Source: an uncultured delta proteobacterium
GTDB lineage: Bacteria; Desulfobacterota; Desulfuromonadia; Desulfuromonadales; JACZKF01
Direction of reading: 5' to 3'
Length of the DNA: 64,000 nt
NCBI GenBank assembly: GCA_963816395.1
Contig: CAWFKQ010000010.1
Coordinates: forward strand, 160,001 to 224,000
In this document: positions 54,377-64,000 of the stretch, piece after piece
Layout of the letters: every line of letters begins with the position of its first letter
How positions within the stretch are numbered: the first letter of the stretch is position 1
Made by a program: the position numbers and the translations under genes
Notes under the pieces: model-generated
The model's input: the letters and a program-made list of their open reading frames with translations, nothing else
The model's database searches: none
What the model was told of the DNA's origin: nothing

Positions 54377-54784
54377 ATGCAGATTCCCAACAGTTCGCAC
54401 AGCGTGGCCATCGGGTATATCCTCTGGCTTTTCGGCTTCACAGGTTCCCACCGCTTCTATTACGGCAAACCGGTTACCGGCACCATCTGGTTCCTGACCT
54501 TGGGACTGCTGGGAATTGGATGGCTGATCGACTTGTTCCTGATTCCCGGGATGGACCGAGTTGCAGACCTGCGTTACCGCTCGGGAAGGATCAATTACAA
54601 TATCGCCTGGATTCTTCTCACCTTCCTCGGCCTTTTAGGGGTGCACCGGATGTACATGGGCAAGTGGATCACCGGAATTATCTACCTCCTCACGGGAGGG
54701 CTCTTTTCCCTTGGCTACTTCTATGATTACTGGACCCTGAACAATCAAATAACGGAAATCAACACAGGCGAGCTGCACCCCTGA
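54377..54784 (+). CDS. TM2/NINE-domain membrane protein (two TM2 repeats)
   Basis: GYILWLFGFTGSHRFYYGK...WLIDLFLIP; AWILLTFLGLLGVHRMYMGK. Confidence 0.88.
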   Translation: MQIPNSSHSVAIGYILWLFGFTGSHRFYYGKPVTGTIWFLTLGLLGIGWLIDLFLIPGMDRVADLRYRSGRINYNIAWILLTFLGLLGVHRMYMGKWITGIIYLLTGGLFSLGYFYDYWTLNNQITEINTGELHP

Positions 54785-54841
54785 GGGAAGGAAATGGGTT
54801 TCGGGTGCTCCGAAAATGACCTGGAGCAGGAAGGAAGGGAA

Positions 54842-55836
54842 ATGGAAAAAGACTGGAGTCCTGGACGGCTGCTGGAATTATCGGGAAGCTATTGGCAGAC
54901 CTGCGCTCTGCATGCCGGAGTGGCCCTCGATGTTTTCACATTGCTCGGCGACGAGAAACTCCCGGCTGCGGAAATGGCCGCGCGTCTCGGAGGGGACCCG
55001 CGGGCAACGGCCATGCTGCTCAATGCCCTCACCGCAATGGGGCTGCTGAATAAGCAGGGGGAAAATTTCTTCAATACCCCGATAGCCGCCAACCATCTGA
55101 GCCGTGACTCGGATCAGTATCTTGGGCATATCATCAAGCACCACCACCACTTGGTGACAAATTGGGCGCAGTTGCCGGAGGCGGTACGCAGTGGCGAATC
55201 CGGTGCGGCAGGGAATCGCCCAGGCCGATGAGGAACGGCGGGAAAGTTTCCTGCTGGGGATGTTCAATCTGGCCAACCTGCTGGCGCCGGTGCTGGTGAA
55301 GCAGGTCGATCTGCACGGCCGCCGGCGCCTCCTCGACCTGGGAGGGGGGCCTGGCACCTATGCCATTCACTTCTGCCAGCAGAATCCAGAATTGAAAGCC
55401 TCGGTTTATGATCTGCCGACCACCCGGCCCTTCGCCGAAAGGACCATCGAGCGTTTCGGCCTGAAGGAGCGAATCGATTTCCAGGAGGGTGATTTCCTGC
55501 GCGACAAAATCAATGGTAGCTTCGATGTGGCCTGGCTCTCCCATATTCTGCATGGCGAAGGGCCGGAAGGTTGCGCCCGGCTCGTTGAAAAGGCGGTGAC
55601 CGCTCTGGAGCCGGGGGGGCTGATCATGATACACGAATTTATTCTCAACGATGACCAGGCCGGGCCGCTCTTCCCGGCCCTCTTCTCCCTCAATATGCTT
55701 CTTGGCACAGAGGCCGGGCCAGGCCTACTCGGGAGCGCAGATCGCCGCAATGCTGGAGAACGCCGGGGTGCGACAGGTCCGCCGCCTCCCTCTTGAACTG
55801 CCGGGGGAAACGGGCGTAATTGCCGGTTTGGTCTGA
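54842..55836 (+). CDS. SAM-dependent O-methyltransferase, family 2 with dimerisation domain (frameshifts ~55197, ~55716)
   Basis: ALHAGVALDVF, LLDLGGGPG, YDLP, EGDF, LSHILH, FSLNML. Confidence 0.88.
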
Positions 55837-55934
55837 TGGGGGCAGAAGCCGCGGCGGGAATTCGACTCCTGGGGATCAGGTTAAGCTCCGGAAGGGTTTG
55901 GCTGCCGGCGAAATAAATCTGGCTCAGACTGGCT

Positions 55935-57365
55935 TCAATCTTTTCTCACGTCTATATCAAGGGTCTGGATCTTTTTCCTCAAGGTATTGCGATTGATGCC
56001 AAGAATTTCGGCGGCCCGCACCTGATTGGACCGCGTCTTTTCCAGGACGATATTGATCAGGGGGCGCTCCATTTGATGCAGGACCATTTCATAGAGATTG
56101 CTCAGCTCATTGACGTCCATCGGCATCAATGAGGCCCGTAGCTTCTTGGTGATCAGGGCCTCCAGGGAGTTGTCGTTTTCCTCCCGGCCGCCGGCCAGCA
56201 GATCTGGAAAATCGGCCGGAGTCAGCAATTGGTCAGGGGAGAGCAGGGCGGCACGTTGGATCGTATTTTCCAGCTCCCGCACATTCCCCGGCCAAGCATA
56301 GTTTTTGAGAAGGGCCATTGCCTTCTCGGTGCATCCCCGCGCGGGAACTTTTAATTCCAGATGCGCTCGGTGAACGAAATAATCGACCAGCTGCGCAACA
56401 TCCTCGCGACGCTCGCGCAGGGGGGGCAGGACAATGGGGACGACGTTTAAGCGATAAAAGAGATCCTCGCGAAACTCCTTCCGGCGCACCTTCTCTTTCA
56501 ATTCCTGATTGGTGGCGGCAACTATCCGCACATCGACGGCAATAGTCGTATTGCCTCCGGTACGGGTGATTTCCTTCTCCTGCAGGACCCGCAGCAGCTT
56601 GGCCTGCAGGTCGAGAGGCATGTCGCCGATTTCGTCAAGGAAAAGAGTGCCGCCATTGGCCTGCTCAAATTTGCCGATCTTACGTTCTGTAGCACCGGTG
56701 AAGGCGCCTTTTTCGTGGCCGAATAATTCGCTCTCCAGCAGTTCGTGCGGAATGGCGGCGCAGTTAAGAGCAAGAAAGGGTTTGCCCAGGCGGGGACTGT
56801 TGATATGAATGGCGCGAGCGACCAGTTCCTTTCCTGTTCCCGATTCGCCGGTAATCAGGATGGTGACATCGGACGGCGCCACCTTCCCGAGAATTTTGTA
56901 GACTTCCTGCATCGGCTGGCTATTGCCGATGATGGTGCGATCGAGTAGGTAGCTTTCTTTGAGTTCGTCTTTCAGCCGGTGCACCTCTTCGGAAGCCTCC
57001 GAGGCTTTTTCCGCCTTGAGAATGATGGCATCGAGGGTATCCAGGTCAAAGGGCTTGGTGATGTAGTCATAAGCCCCCCGCTTCATCGCTTCCACAGCAT
57101 TTTTCATGGAGGACTCGGCCGTGATGATGACCACCAGTGCCCCTGGACGTTCCTCTAAAAACCGACTGAGCAGATCGAGACCGGTGATTCCGGGCATTTT
57201 GATATCGAGTACCGCCAAGTCGTAAGATTGCTGGCGAAACAGGGAAAGCGCCTCTGTGCCGTTGGCGGCCAGGTCGACCGTCATTCCCTTTTTGGCAAGG
57301 GCCTTGGAGAGAACCCAGCGGATGCTTTCTTCATCATCGGCAACCAGAACGCGTCGGATGGACAT
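55935..57365 (-). CDS. ntrC: sigma54-dependent response regulator, NtrC-like
   Basis: REC domain (DD, D, KPF), GESGTGKE, GAFTGA, FREDLFYRL, WPGNVREL, Fis-type HTH GINRNTLRKK. Confidence 0.88.
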   Translation of the reverse strand: MSIRRVLVADDEESIRWVLSKALAKKGMTVDLAANGTEALSLFRQQSYDLAVLDIKMPGITGLDLLSRFLEERPGALVVIITAESSMKNAVEAMKRGAYDYITKPFDLDTLDAIILKAEKASEASEEVHRLKDELKESYLLDRTIIGNSQPMQEVYKILGKVAPSDVTILITGESGTGKELVARAIHINSPRLGKPFLALNCAAIPHELLESELFGHEKGAFTGATERKIGKFEQANGGTLFLDEIGDMPLDLQAKLLRVLQEKEITRTGGNTTIAVDVRIVAATNQELKEKVRRKEFREDLFYRLNVVPIVLPPLRERREDVAQLVDYFVHRAHLELKVPARGCTEKAMALLKNYAWPGNVRELENTIQRAALLSPDQLLTPADFPDLLAGGREENDNSLEALITKKLRASLMPMDVNELSNLYEMVLHQMERPLINIVLEKTRSNQVRAAEILGINRNTLRKKIQTLDIDVRKD

Positions 57366-57405
57366 AATGGGAAATGCCTTTCAGAATGGACACCCGCAGA
57401 GCAGT

Positions 57406-58503
57406 TCAGCGCAGGAAGGGGAGAGAAACCGTAAAGACAGTTCCTTCCCCCGGCGTGCTGTCTACCTTCAGAAAGCCTTTGTGCTCGTTTACGATTTTCT
57501 GGCAGGTCGCCAGGCCCAGGCCGCTTCCCCGGCCCTTGGTGGTATAGAAGGGGGTGAAAATCTTATCGAGTTCCTCCGGCGGAATGCCCCTTCCCGTGTC
57601 GCGTACTTCAACTACGATTACTGGCGCCGGTCGAGTCCCCGGTTTATTGAGGTGATATTCCGACCCGACTTTGGTGATGATCTCTACCCGCCCTTTGCGC
57701 TCGATCGCTTCGGCGGCATTCTTGATCAGGTTAAGGAAAAGACGGGTGAGCAGGTTCTCATCGCCGCGGATCGGCGGAATGCTTGGGTCGAAATTGAGCA
57801 GGAATTCCACTTCCTTTCCCCGGTAAGCCGCTTTCTGGAAAAGGACGATATCGCCAAGGACCTTGGCCAGGTTTACCTGCGACAAAAGGGGAGGGCGAGA
57901 GCGGGCCAGATCCATCAGTTCTTCAATGATGCCGTCAACCCGCTCTACCTCCCGGATCATGACCCGGGTATACTCTTTCAGCGGGCTCTGATCGAAGATT
58001 TCCAAGTCGAGCAACTGCGCCGCGCCCTTGATGCCGCCCAAAGGATTTTTGATCTCATGGGCCAGCCCTGCCGCCAGGGTGCCCAGCATGGAAAGGCGGT
58101 CGGCTCGGCGAACGGCCTCCTCCAGTTCGCGCACCCGCGAAAGATCGCGGAGGATCAAGACCACCCCCTCCTGTTCCCCTCCTGCAGTGAAGATCGGTGA
58201 AACCGAAACGCTGACCGGAATGGGCGGGTGTCCCTGGCGGTTCAGATGAATGTTCTCGTGGTCGGAAATCGAGCGACCGCTCCGTACGGCCGAGCGGATC
58301 AGGTACAGAAGGTTCTTCTGCCTGGCAAACAGAATTTCGTACGGTCGCCCAAGGACCTGCCGCTCGGAGATCCCGAAATAAGCCTGCGCGGCCGGGTTGA
58401 ACAGGGCAATTCGCCCGTCCCGGTCGATGGCTGCCACCGCATCTTCCAGGTTCTCCAGAACCCGGAGATAGAGCTGCCAGTCAGCTCCGCTCTCTTCGGT
58501 CAT
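57406..58503 (-). CDS. ntrB: PAS sensor histidine kinase, NtrB-like
   Basis: PAS, LAHEIKNPLGGIKGAAQLL, FDPSIP, NLIKNAAEA, TTKGRGSGLGL. Confidence 0.88.
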   Translation of the reverse strand: MTEESGADWQLYLRVLENLEDAVAAIDRDGRIALFNPAAQAYFGISERQVLGRPYEILFARQKNLLYLIRSAVRSGRSISDHENIHLNRQGHPPIPVSVSVSPIFTAGGEQEGVVLILRDLSRVRELEEAVRRADRLSMLGTLAAGLAHEIKNPLGGIKGAAQLLDLEIFDQSPLKEYTRVMIREVERVDGIIEELMDLARSRPPLLSQVNLAKVLGDIVLFQKAAYRGKEVEFLLNFDPSIPPIRGDENLLTRLFLNLIKNAAEAIERKGRVEIITKVGSEYHLNKPGTRPAPVIVVEVRDTGRGIPPEELDKIFTPFYTTKGRGSGLGLATCQKIVNEHKGFLKVDSTPGEGTVFTVSLPFLR

Positions 58504-59477
58504 GCCGCGTTCTCCGCTACGGCAGCAAAGAAGGCGGCCATGGTCGAGCGCATTTCGTCTATCGACTGCAGCCGGTTCACCTCAGCACGGAACTGGGCCG
58601 CGCCGGGCAGGCCCCGGGAATACCAGGCGAGATGCTTGCGCAGGTCGCGCACGGCTTTGCGCGCCCCAAAAGTCGCCAGAAACAGATCAAGATGCATTTC
58701 GGCCGCGCGCCATCGCTCATCCGGCGTCGGGGGAGTAATCCCGCGCCCCGCCTGTCTGTCCAGAATGTCTCTAAACAGCCATGGATTGCCGTAACTGCCG
58801 CGGCCGATCATGATCGCATCACAACCTGTGCGGGCCTGCATTGTCAGGGCATCCTCGGCAGTGAAGATGTCGCCGCTGCCGATAACCGGCACCGGCAGGG
58901 TTTCCTTCAGGCGGCGGATCAACTCCCAGTCCGCCCGGCCGCTGAAGCCCTGGGCCCTGGTGCGTGGGTGCAGGGTGACCGCATCGGCTCCCTCGGCGAC
59001 CGCAATTTCCGCCACCTCGAGGCAGTTGACCGAGTTGCTGTCCCAGCCGGAGCGGATTTTGACCGTGAGGGGCAGATCGGTTGCCCGCCTTACCGCTGAC
59101 ACTATTTGGCCGACCCGTCGGGGGTCTCGCAGCAACGCGCTACCGGCCCCGCTGCGGACGACTTTATTCACCGGACATCCGAGATTGATATCGAGCAGGT
59201 CCCCATCATCCCGGACCAGACGCGCCGCCTGTGCCAGGATGTCCGGCTCGTCACCGAACAACTGGACGGCTAAAGGGCGTTCTTCGGGGGCTGAACGAAG
59301 CAATTCCCTGGTGCGGCGCCCGGCCCGGACTAATCCGTTGGCGCTGACCATCTCGGTAAAAACCAGCCCGGCACCGAAACGCTTCATCAGCTGACGATAA
59401 GGAAGGTCGCTGATGCCAGCCATCGGAGCCAGGAAAACATTGTTATTCAGAGGAAGTCGGCCGATCTGCATAGTCAT
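58500..59477 (-). CDS. dusB: tRNA-dihydrouridine synthase DusB (NifR3)
   Basis: LAPMAG, DINLGCP, GAGSALL, VKIRSG, HPRT, MIGRG.GNPW. Confidence 0.93.
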   Translation of the reverse strand: MTMQIGRLPLNNNVFLAPMAGISDLPYRQLMKRFGAGLVFTEMVSANGLVRAGRRTRELLRSAPEERPLAVQLFGDEPDILAQAARLVRDDGDLLDINLGCPVNKVVRSGAGSALLRDPRRVGQIVSAVRRATDLPLTVKIRSGWDSNSVNCLEVAEIAVAEGADAVTLHPRTRAQGFSGRADWELIRRLKETLPVPVIGSGDIFTAEDALTMQARTGCDAIMIGRGSYGNPWLFRDILDRQAGRGITPPTPDERWRAAEMHLDLFLATFGARKAVRDLRKHLAWYSRGLPGAAQFRAEVNRLQSIDEMRSTMAAFFAAVAENAA

Positions 59478-59482
59478 ATAGT

Positions 59483-59527
59483 TGCACAATTTTTATGCAT
59501 GGTAGCGGGGTGCGGGAGAGAAAGCAA
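59483..59527 (-). promoter_or_regulatory. dusB-ntrBC sigma70 promoter with an overlapping NtrC-type box
   Basis: Minus strand TTGCTT-N17-TACCAT; TGCACAATTTTTATGCA at 59483-59499. Confidence 0.65.
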
Positions 59528-59590
59528 GGGGAAAAAAAAACCGGTAATCCGAGCCGCCTCCGGGAAATGAATACTGTATACAAAAAGCGC

Positions 59591-59619
59591 TTGACAAGTA
59601 TGGGTTGAATTGCTAGAAA
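59591..59619 (+). promoter_or_regulatory. Putative sigma70 promoter of gltA
   Basis: TTGACA-N17-TAGAAA with TG extension. Confidence 0.55.
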
Positions 59620-59820
59620 TATAGAGGTGAAAATGAGATTGGACAAATTTTACTGGGGGCATTTACCGCATCCCCAAATTGCCGCATTTACTGCAAGAAG
59701 CTATGTACGTCCAGTAAGAAAAGATTAGACTTTCGATCATCGTTTTAATCCCTCAAAGGCAGTTCGGCTGGTGGGCTTTTGCCGGGCCCATCGATTTCAT
59801 TCCACTAAAGGAGAGAGAGC

Positions 59821-61143
59821 ATGGCGACACTGAAAGAGACACTCTACAAGAAGATCCAGGAGCATCGTCCCCGCACCACCCGTCTGGTCAAGGAATTCGG
59901 TGATGTGAAGCTCGGGGAAGTAACCATTTCCCAGGCGATCGGCGGTGCCCGCGGGGTCAAGTGTCTGGTGACCGACATTTCTTATCTGGACCCATTCGAG
60001 GGGATCCGCTTCCGTGGCAAGACCATTCCCGAGACCTTTGCCGCCCTGCCTAAAGTCCCCGGTTCCGATTACCCCTTTGTCGAGGGGTTCTGGTGGATGC
60101 TGTTGACCGGCGATGTGCCGACCATGGAGCAGACCATGGAGGTTGTCGAGGACTGGAAGCAGCGCTCTCAGGTCCCGCAGTACGTCATCGACGTTCTGCG
60201 CGCCATGCCGCGCGATACGCATCCGATGACGATGTTCTCCACCGCCATTCTTGCCATGCAGCGCGAATCTCTTTTCGCCAAGAAATACGAAGAGGGAATG
60301 AGCAAGATGGACTACTGGGATCCGATGTTCGAAGATTCCAGCAACCTGATGGCCAAGCTTCCTCCCATCGCCGCCTACATTTACCGCATGAAATACAAAG
60401 GGGATACCCCCATCGCTCCCGATCCCAAGCTGGACTGGGGCGGCAATTTCGCTCACATGATGGGCGTGCCCAAGCCGTATGACGATGTCGCCCGCATGTA
60501 CTTCATTCTTCATTCCGACCATGAGTCCGGTAACGTTTCCGCCCACACCACTCACCTGGTTGCCTCTGCCCTGTCCGATGCCTATTACAGCCTCTCCGCC
60601 GGCATCAACGGCTTGGCCGGCCCGCTGCATGGCCTGGCCAACCAGGAAGTGCTCCGCTGGACCCAGGATTTCATGGCCAAACTCGGCGGTAAGGTGCCGA
60701 CCAAGGAAGAACTGGCCCAGGCCCTGTGGGATACCCTCAACAGCGGCCAGGTCATCCCCGGCTACGGGCATGCCGTGCTGCGCAAAACTGACCCGCGTTA
60801 TACCTCACAGCGTGAATTCTGCCTCAAGAACCTGCCGGACTACCCGCTGTTCAAATTGGTCAGCATGATCTTCGAAATTGCTCCCGGCGTGCTCACCGAG
60901 CATGGCAAGGCAAAGAACCCCTGGCCGAATGTCGATGCCCAATCCGGAGTCATCCAGTGGTACTACGGTGTTACCGAGTACGACTTCTACACCGTGCTGT
61001 TCGGTGTCGGCCGCGCTCTCGGTGTGCTCGCCAATATCACCTGGGACCGCGCCCTCGGCTATGCCATCGAGCGGCCGAAGTCGGTTACTACCGATATGCT
61101 GGAAGAAGCCGCCGGCATTAAGCAGAAAGCGGCTAGCAACTAA
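59821..61143 (+). CDS. gltA: Citrate (Si)-synthase, eukaryotic type
   Basis: EGIRFRG, DHESGNVSAH, GLAGPLHGLANQEV, PGYGHAVLRKTDPRY, NPWPNVDA, IERPKS. Confidence 0.96.
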   Translation: MATLKETLYKKIQEHRPRTTRLVKEFGDVKLGEVTISQAIGGARGVKCLVTDISYLDPFEGIRFRGKTIPETFAALPKVPGSDYPFVEGFWWMLLTGDVPTMEQTMEVVEDWKQRSQVPQYVIDVLRAMPRDTHPMTMFSTAILAMQRESLFAKKYEEGMSKMDYWDPMFEDSSNLMAKLPPIAAYIYRMKYKGDTPIAPDPKLDWGGNFAHMMGVPKPYDDVARMYFILHSDHESGNVSAHTTHLVASALSDAYYSLSAGINGLAGPLHGLANQEVLRWTQDFMAKLGGKVPTKEELAQALWDTLNSGQVIPGYGHAVLRKTDPRYTSQREFCLKNLPDYPLFKLVSMIFEIAPGVLTEHGKAKNPWPNVDAQSGVIQWYYGVTEYDFYTVLFGVGRALGVLANITWDRALGYAIERPKSVTTDMLEEAAGIKQKAASN

Positions 61144-61171
61144 AATTTTTCCTTCACCTTCGCTGCATAAT

Positions 61172-61208
61172 CAATTGGGGGTGCCTTTCGGGCGCCCCCA
61201 ATTGTTTT
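61172..61208 (+). terminator. Rho-independent terminator after gltA
   Basis: caattgggggtgcc-tttc-gggcgcccccaattg followed by tttt. Confidence 0.85.
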
Positions 61209-61281
61209 ACAGGGGTTTGCTACGGTAAATTTGGCGATCGTTCTCTATCCTTAACGCCATGCACCGCGCGACGCAAGGTCA

Positions 61282-62536
61282 TCAGCGGGCCAGAATAAGG
61301 ACGGTGTCGGTGGCGGTTTGTCCCTGGTCGTCGCGCACGGTAAGCCGGGCCAGGTACTCTCCAGTTTTGTCTGCTAAAAAGAAGGGGGTGGGGGTGTCGG
61401 CATTCTGCAAAATGGCGCTACTTAGAGACGGTGCGCGCAAAATCCAGCTGAAAATGAGGGGGCGCCCTTCCGGGTCGCGGCTGTTGCGTCCATCGAGGGT
61501 AACCACCGAGCCCGCAGAAACTATCTGGTCCTTCCCGGCATCGGCGGTCGGCGGTGCATTCCCACCCGGTGGCATGGCGGTGACGAGTAACGTATCGCTA
61601 GCGGCGGTCCCGTGAATGTCGCGAACCGTCAGCACGATCCGGTATTCGCCGCTCTGATCGGGGACAAAGAATGGTCGGGCGGTATTTGCGTCTGCGAGGG
61701 CTACAAGGCTATTGGCAGGTCTGGCAGCAAGGGCCCAATCGAAATCCAGTAGACTGCCATCCGGATCTCCACTGGAACTGCCGTCCAGATTCACCACCGT
61801 ATCGACCATGACAACCTGGTCCGGCCCGGCATCGGCTGCAGGATTGATATTGGTAGTAACAGAAACGGCCGTGATAAGCACGAAATCGGTTGCGGCGCCA
61901 GATCGACCATCACTCACTGTCAGGCGGATCTCGTAGTCGCCGGCGAACAAGGGGAACGAAGGAAGGGGTGGCGGTGTCGGCTGCGGAGAGGACGATCATG
62001 CTCCCGGGTGGCTGGGAGACGACGACCCAAGCGAAAAAGAGCGGATCCTCATCCGGATCACTGCTGCCGCTGCCATTCAAGTTAACCACGCTCCCCACGT
62101 GAACGGTTTGATCCGTCCCGGCATTGGCAAGGGGAGCCGAATTTGCGCCGGCAGCTTCGACAGTAACGCGCACCGTATCGGGCGCGCTTTCAGTCAGTCC
62201 GTCACTGACTGTCAACTGGATCTGGTAGTCCCCTGGCGTATCGGTGGAAAAATTGGGGCGAATCGCGGTGGCGTCGGAAAGCATGGGGGTGCTGCCCGGG
62301 GGCTGCGAAAGGATAAGCCAGTGGAAGGAAAGGGGATCACCGTCAGGATCGCGACTGGCGCTACCATCCAGGGTCAACAGGGAGCCGAGTACCACACTCC
62401 TGTCCGCTCCGGCATCCGCGATGGGTGGCCGGTTGCCGGGAATGTGTTCGTCCTCCTCATTACTGCCGCACCCACTCAGCGAACAGAATAAGGCCAGAGC
62501 GAGGATCCAGCCCCCTCCTCCCCGTGTTCTCATCAT
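61282..62536 (-). CDS. Lipoprotein with four tandem PKD/REJ-like Ig domains (frameshift ~61950)
   Basis: Lipobox SLSG-C; four repeats of PxADAGxDQ..LDGSxSxDPDGxxLxFxW..P.F..D..GxY...LTVxD. Confidence 0.85.
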
Positions 62537-62663
62537 TACCTCCCCGGTAGCCGCGACCAACCGACGCTGAAAAAACATAAATAAAATCTAACCTTATTTA
62601 TTGCGTCGTCAAGCTAGAGGGGGATCTTAGCGTGCGGCAATCCCTGGGAGGATCAGCAAACCT

Positions 62664-64000
62664 TCAGAATGGTGACCGGGAGAAGTGGCGTTTGGTGGCG
62701 TCCTGCAGTTTGGTGACGGCGTTGAACGATTCTCGCAGTAGATCCTGCTCATTGCGGGACAAGGAATAGGGATCGAGGAAATGGCTCGGTTTCTTTCCTT
62801 GGTCGATAAGGGAAATTTCCTGGCGCAGGCGGAGAAAAGAGAGCGCCTCGAAAGCAGCACGGATATGCTCGGCGGTTTCCGGCGCGAAGACGTTCATTTT
62901 TTCCAGGCTCTTGAGCCGCTCCAGGGTGGTAACTGCCTGCACTTCCTTTTCCAAGGCAAACATTCGAATGCAGTCGACGATGTAAATCGTTCCCCCCTGC
63001 TTCAGGGAAAGCTCACCCTTGTGCTCCCCTTCCTTCTCCAGAATGAATCGTCCAAGCAATCCTACGGGTACTTTGTAGCGTAGGTCAAGGGACATCATGT
63101 GGTACAGAAACCCCTGAAATTCATGGATTTGCCGGAAAACGATCCGGCGCAGATCGTGGGCGAGTCCGGGGTCTCCGGCCAGGGGAACGAAATCAAAGAA
63201 AATGGAGGAATAACGGACATTCTGCGGCTCGGGGTCATTGACCCATTCGCGAATGCGGCTCTCCCAGTCACTCAGACGTCCCCGCCAGAGGGGATTGTTG
63301 GCCATCACCTTTCCATAGCAGAGAGGATATCCGACCTCATCCAGGGCTAGTACCAGGCGCTCGGCAAAAGGATTGAAGAACGCCTCGGCTTCGGCAAACT
63401 TCTCCTCAGGCAGGTCTTCGAAAATAAAGCCATTATCCTGGTCCGGGCCGAGGAGCATCTCCCGCCGCCCGCCGCTGCCCATAAGCAAAAAGCAGAAACG
63501 GATATCCGGGGGCTCCCGGCCGGATTCACGCATTTCCTTCATGCAGATGTCGTAGGTCTGCCGAATAATGGTGTGATGGATATAAGAAAGAATTTCCATC
63601 ACCTCGGGAGTGCTGCGGGTTTCGGACATGAGGTTGCGGGCGACCCCGACCAATTCACGACGAATTCCTGCCAGGCCGGCAATTGTTTTTTCTTCCCGGA
63701 TGTTGCCAACCAGGAGCATGGCTTTTTGGCTTCGATATCGCATCAGGTCGCGCAGGGAGACAACTCCCACCAGTTCGCCGCGATCGATCACCGGCAGATG
63801 TTTGATGCGGTGTCCGGTCATGAATGTTACCGCTTCATACATATGGGTTTCCGGCCCAAGGAAGAGAGGTGGGGAATTCATGATGTCGGAGGCGGTAAGC
63901 AATGCCGGATCGGCCTCTTCCGGGACGATCACCTTGGCGACCAGATCATCCTTGGTAAGGATTCCGACCACCCGGTTCTGGTCATCGACAACTGGCAGGC
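62664..64000 (-). CDS. CBS plus DUF294 nucleotidyltransferase-like protein (5' end outside the window)
   Basis: CBS pair, GSGGRREM..DQDNG, GKVMANNP.W, SIFFDF, LSLKQGG. Confidence 0.88.
   Translation of the reverse strand, partial: LPVVDDQNRVVGILTKDDLVAKVIVPEEADPALLTASDIMNSPPLFLGPETHMYEAVTFMTGHRIKHLPVIDRGELVGVVSLRDLMRYRSQKAMLLVGNIREEKTIAGLAGIRRELVGVARNLMSETRSTPEVMEILSYIHHTIIRQTYDICMKEMRESGREPPDIRFCFLLMGSGGRREMLLGPDQDNGFIFEDLPEEKFAEAEAFFNPFAERLVLALDEVGYPLCYGKVMANNPLWRGRLSDWESRIREWVNDPEPQNVRYSSIFFDFVPLAGDPGLAHDLRRIVFRQIHEFQGFLYHMMSLDLRYKVPVGLLGRFILEKEGEHKGELSLKQGGTIYIVDCIRMFALEKEVQAVTTLERLKSLEKMNVFAPETAEHIRAAFEALSFLRLRQEISLIDQGKKPSHFLDPYSLSRNEQDLLRESFNAVTKLQDATKRHFSRSPF

Overview
A GC-rich core-chromosome segment from a Desulfuromonadales/Geobacterales-type deltaproteobacterium (Desulfuromonas-like). 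The assignment rests on the eukaryote-type citrate synthase and on gene order. The window holds about 61 CDS and 3 tRNAs. In order: trpB-rhlB-SRPBCC-udg-trpA-MBL-accD-folC-lptD; comEA, ftsB, csp, argS, SPOR, epimerase; tRNA-fMet, tRNA-Met, tilS-ftsH-folP-cdaA-cdaR-glmM-pdxJ-acpS-nnr-CBS-tsaE-lpdA-lysC-cimA-comEA2; a 51-aa CxxC/CxxC protein; pdhABC plus a Lon-like protease; a Cys-rich orphan histidine kinase and a ferritin-like protein; a sigma54-driven TRAP operon with USP; ispE-tRNA-Gln-prs-rplY-pth-hppA-ychF; rpsF-rpsR-DUF2232-rplI-dnaB; a degenerate CoA-ligase-like gene, a TM2 protein and an O-methyltransferase; dusB-ntrB-ntrC; gltA; a PKD-repeat lipoprotein; and a CBS/DUF294 nucleotidyltransferase. 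About 30 single-base frameshifts break over 20 genes, including essential ones. Most look like both alleles of a wobble-position SNP written in tandem, so I treat them as a consensus artefact, not pseudogenes. I found no mobile element, prophage, CRISPR array or defence island, and I cannot demonstrate a clearly novel multi-gene system. The best leads are the Cys-rich kinase next to a His-less ferritin-like protein, the sigma54-linked zinc-ribbon microprotein, a Cys3His insertion in DnaB, a CBS protein co-operonic with cdaA-cdaR, a motif-dead CoA-ligase homolog and heptamer-repeat palindromes. All product calls come from motif recognition; no database search was run.
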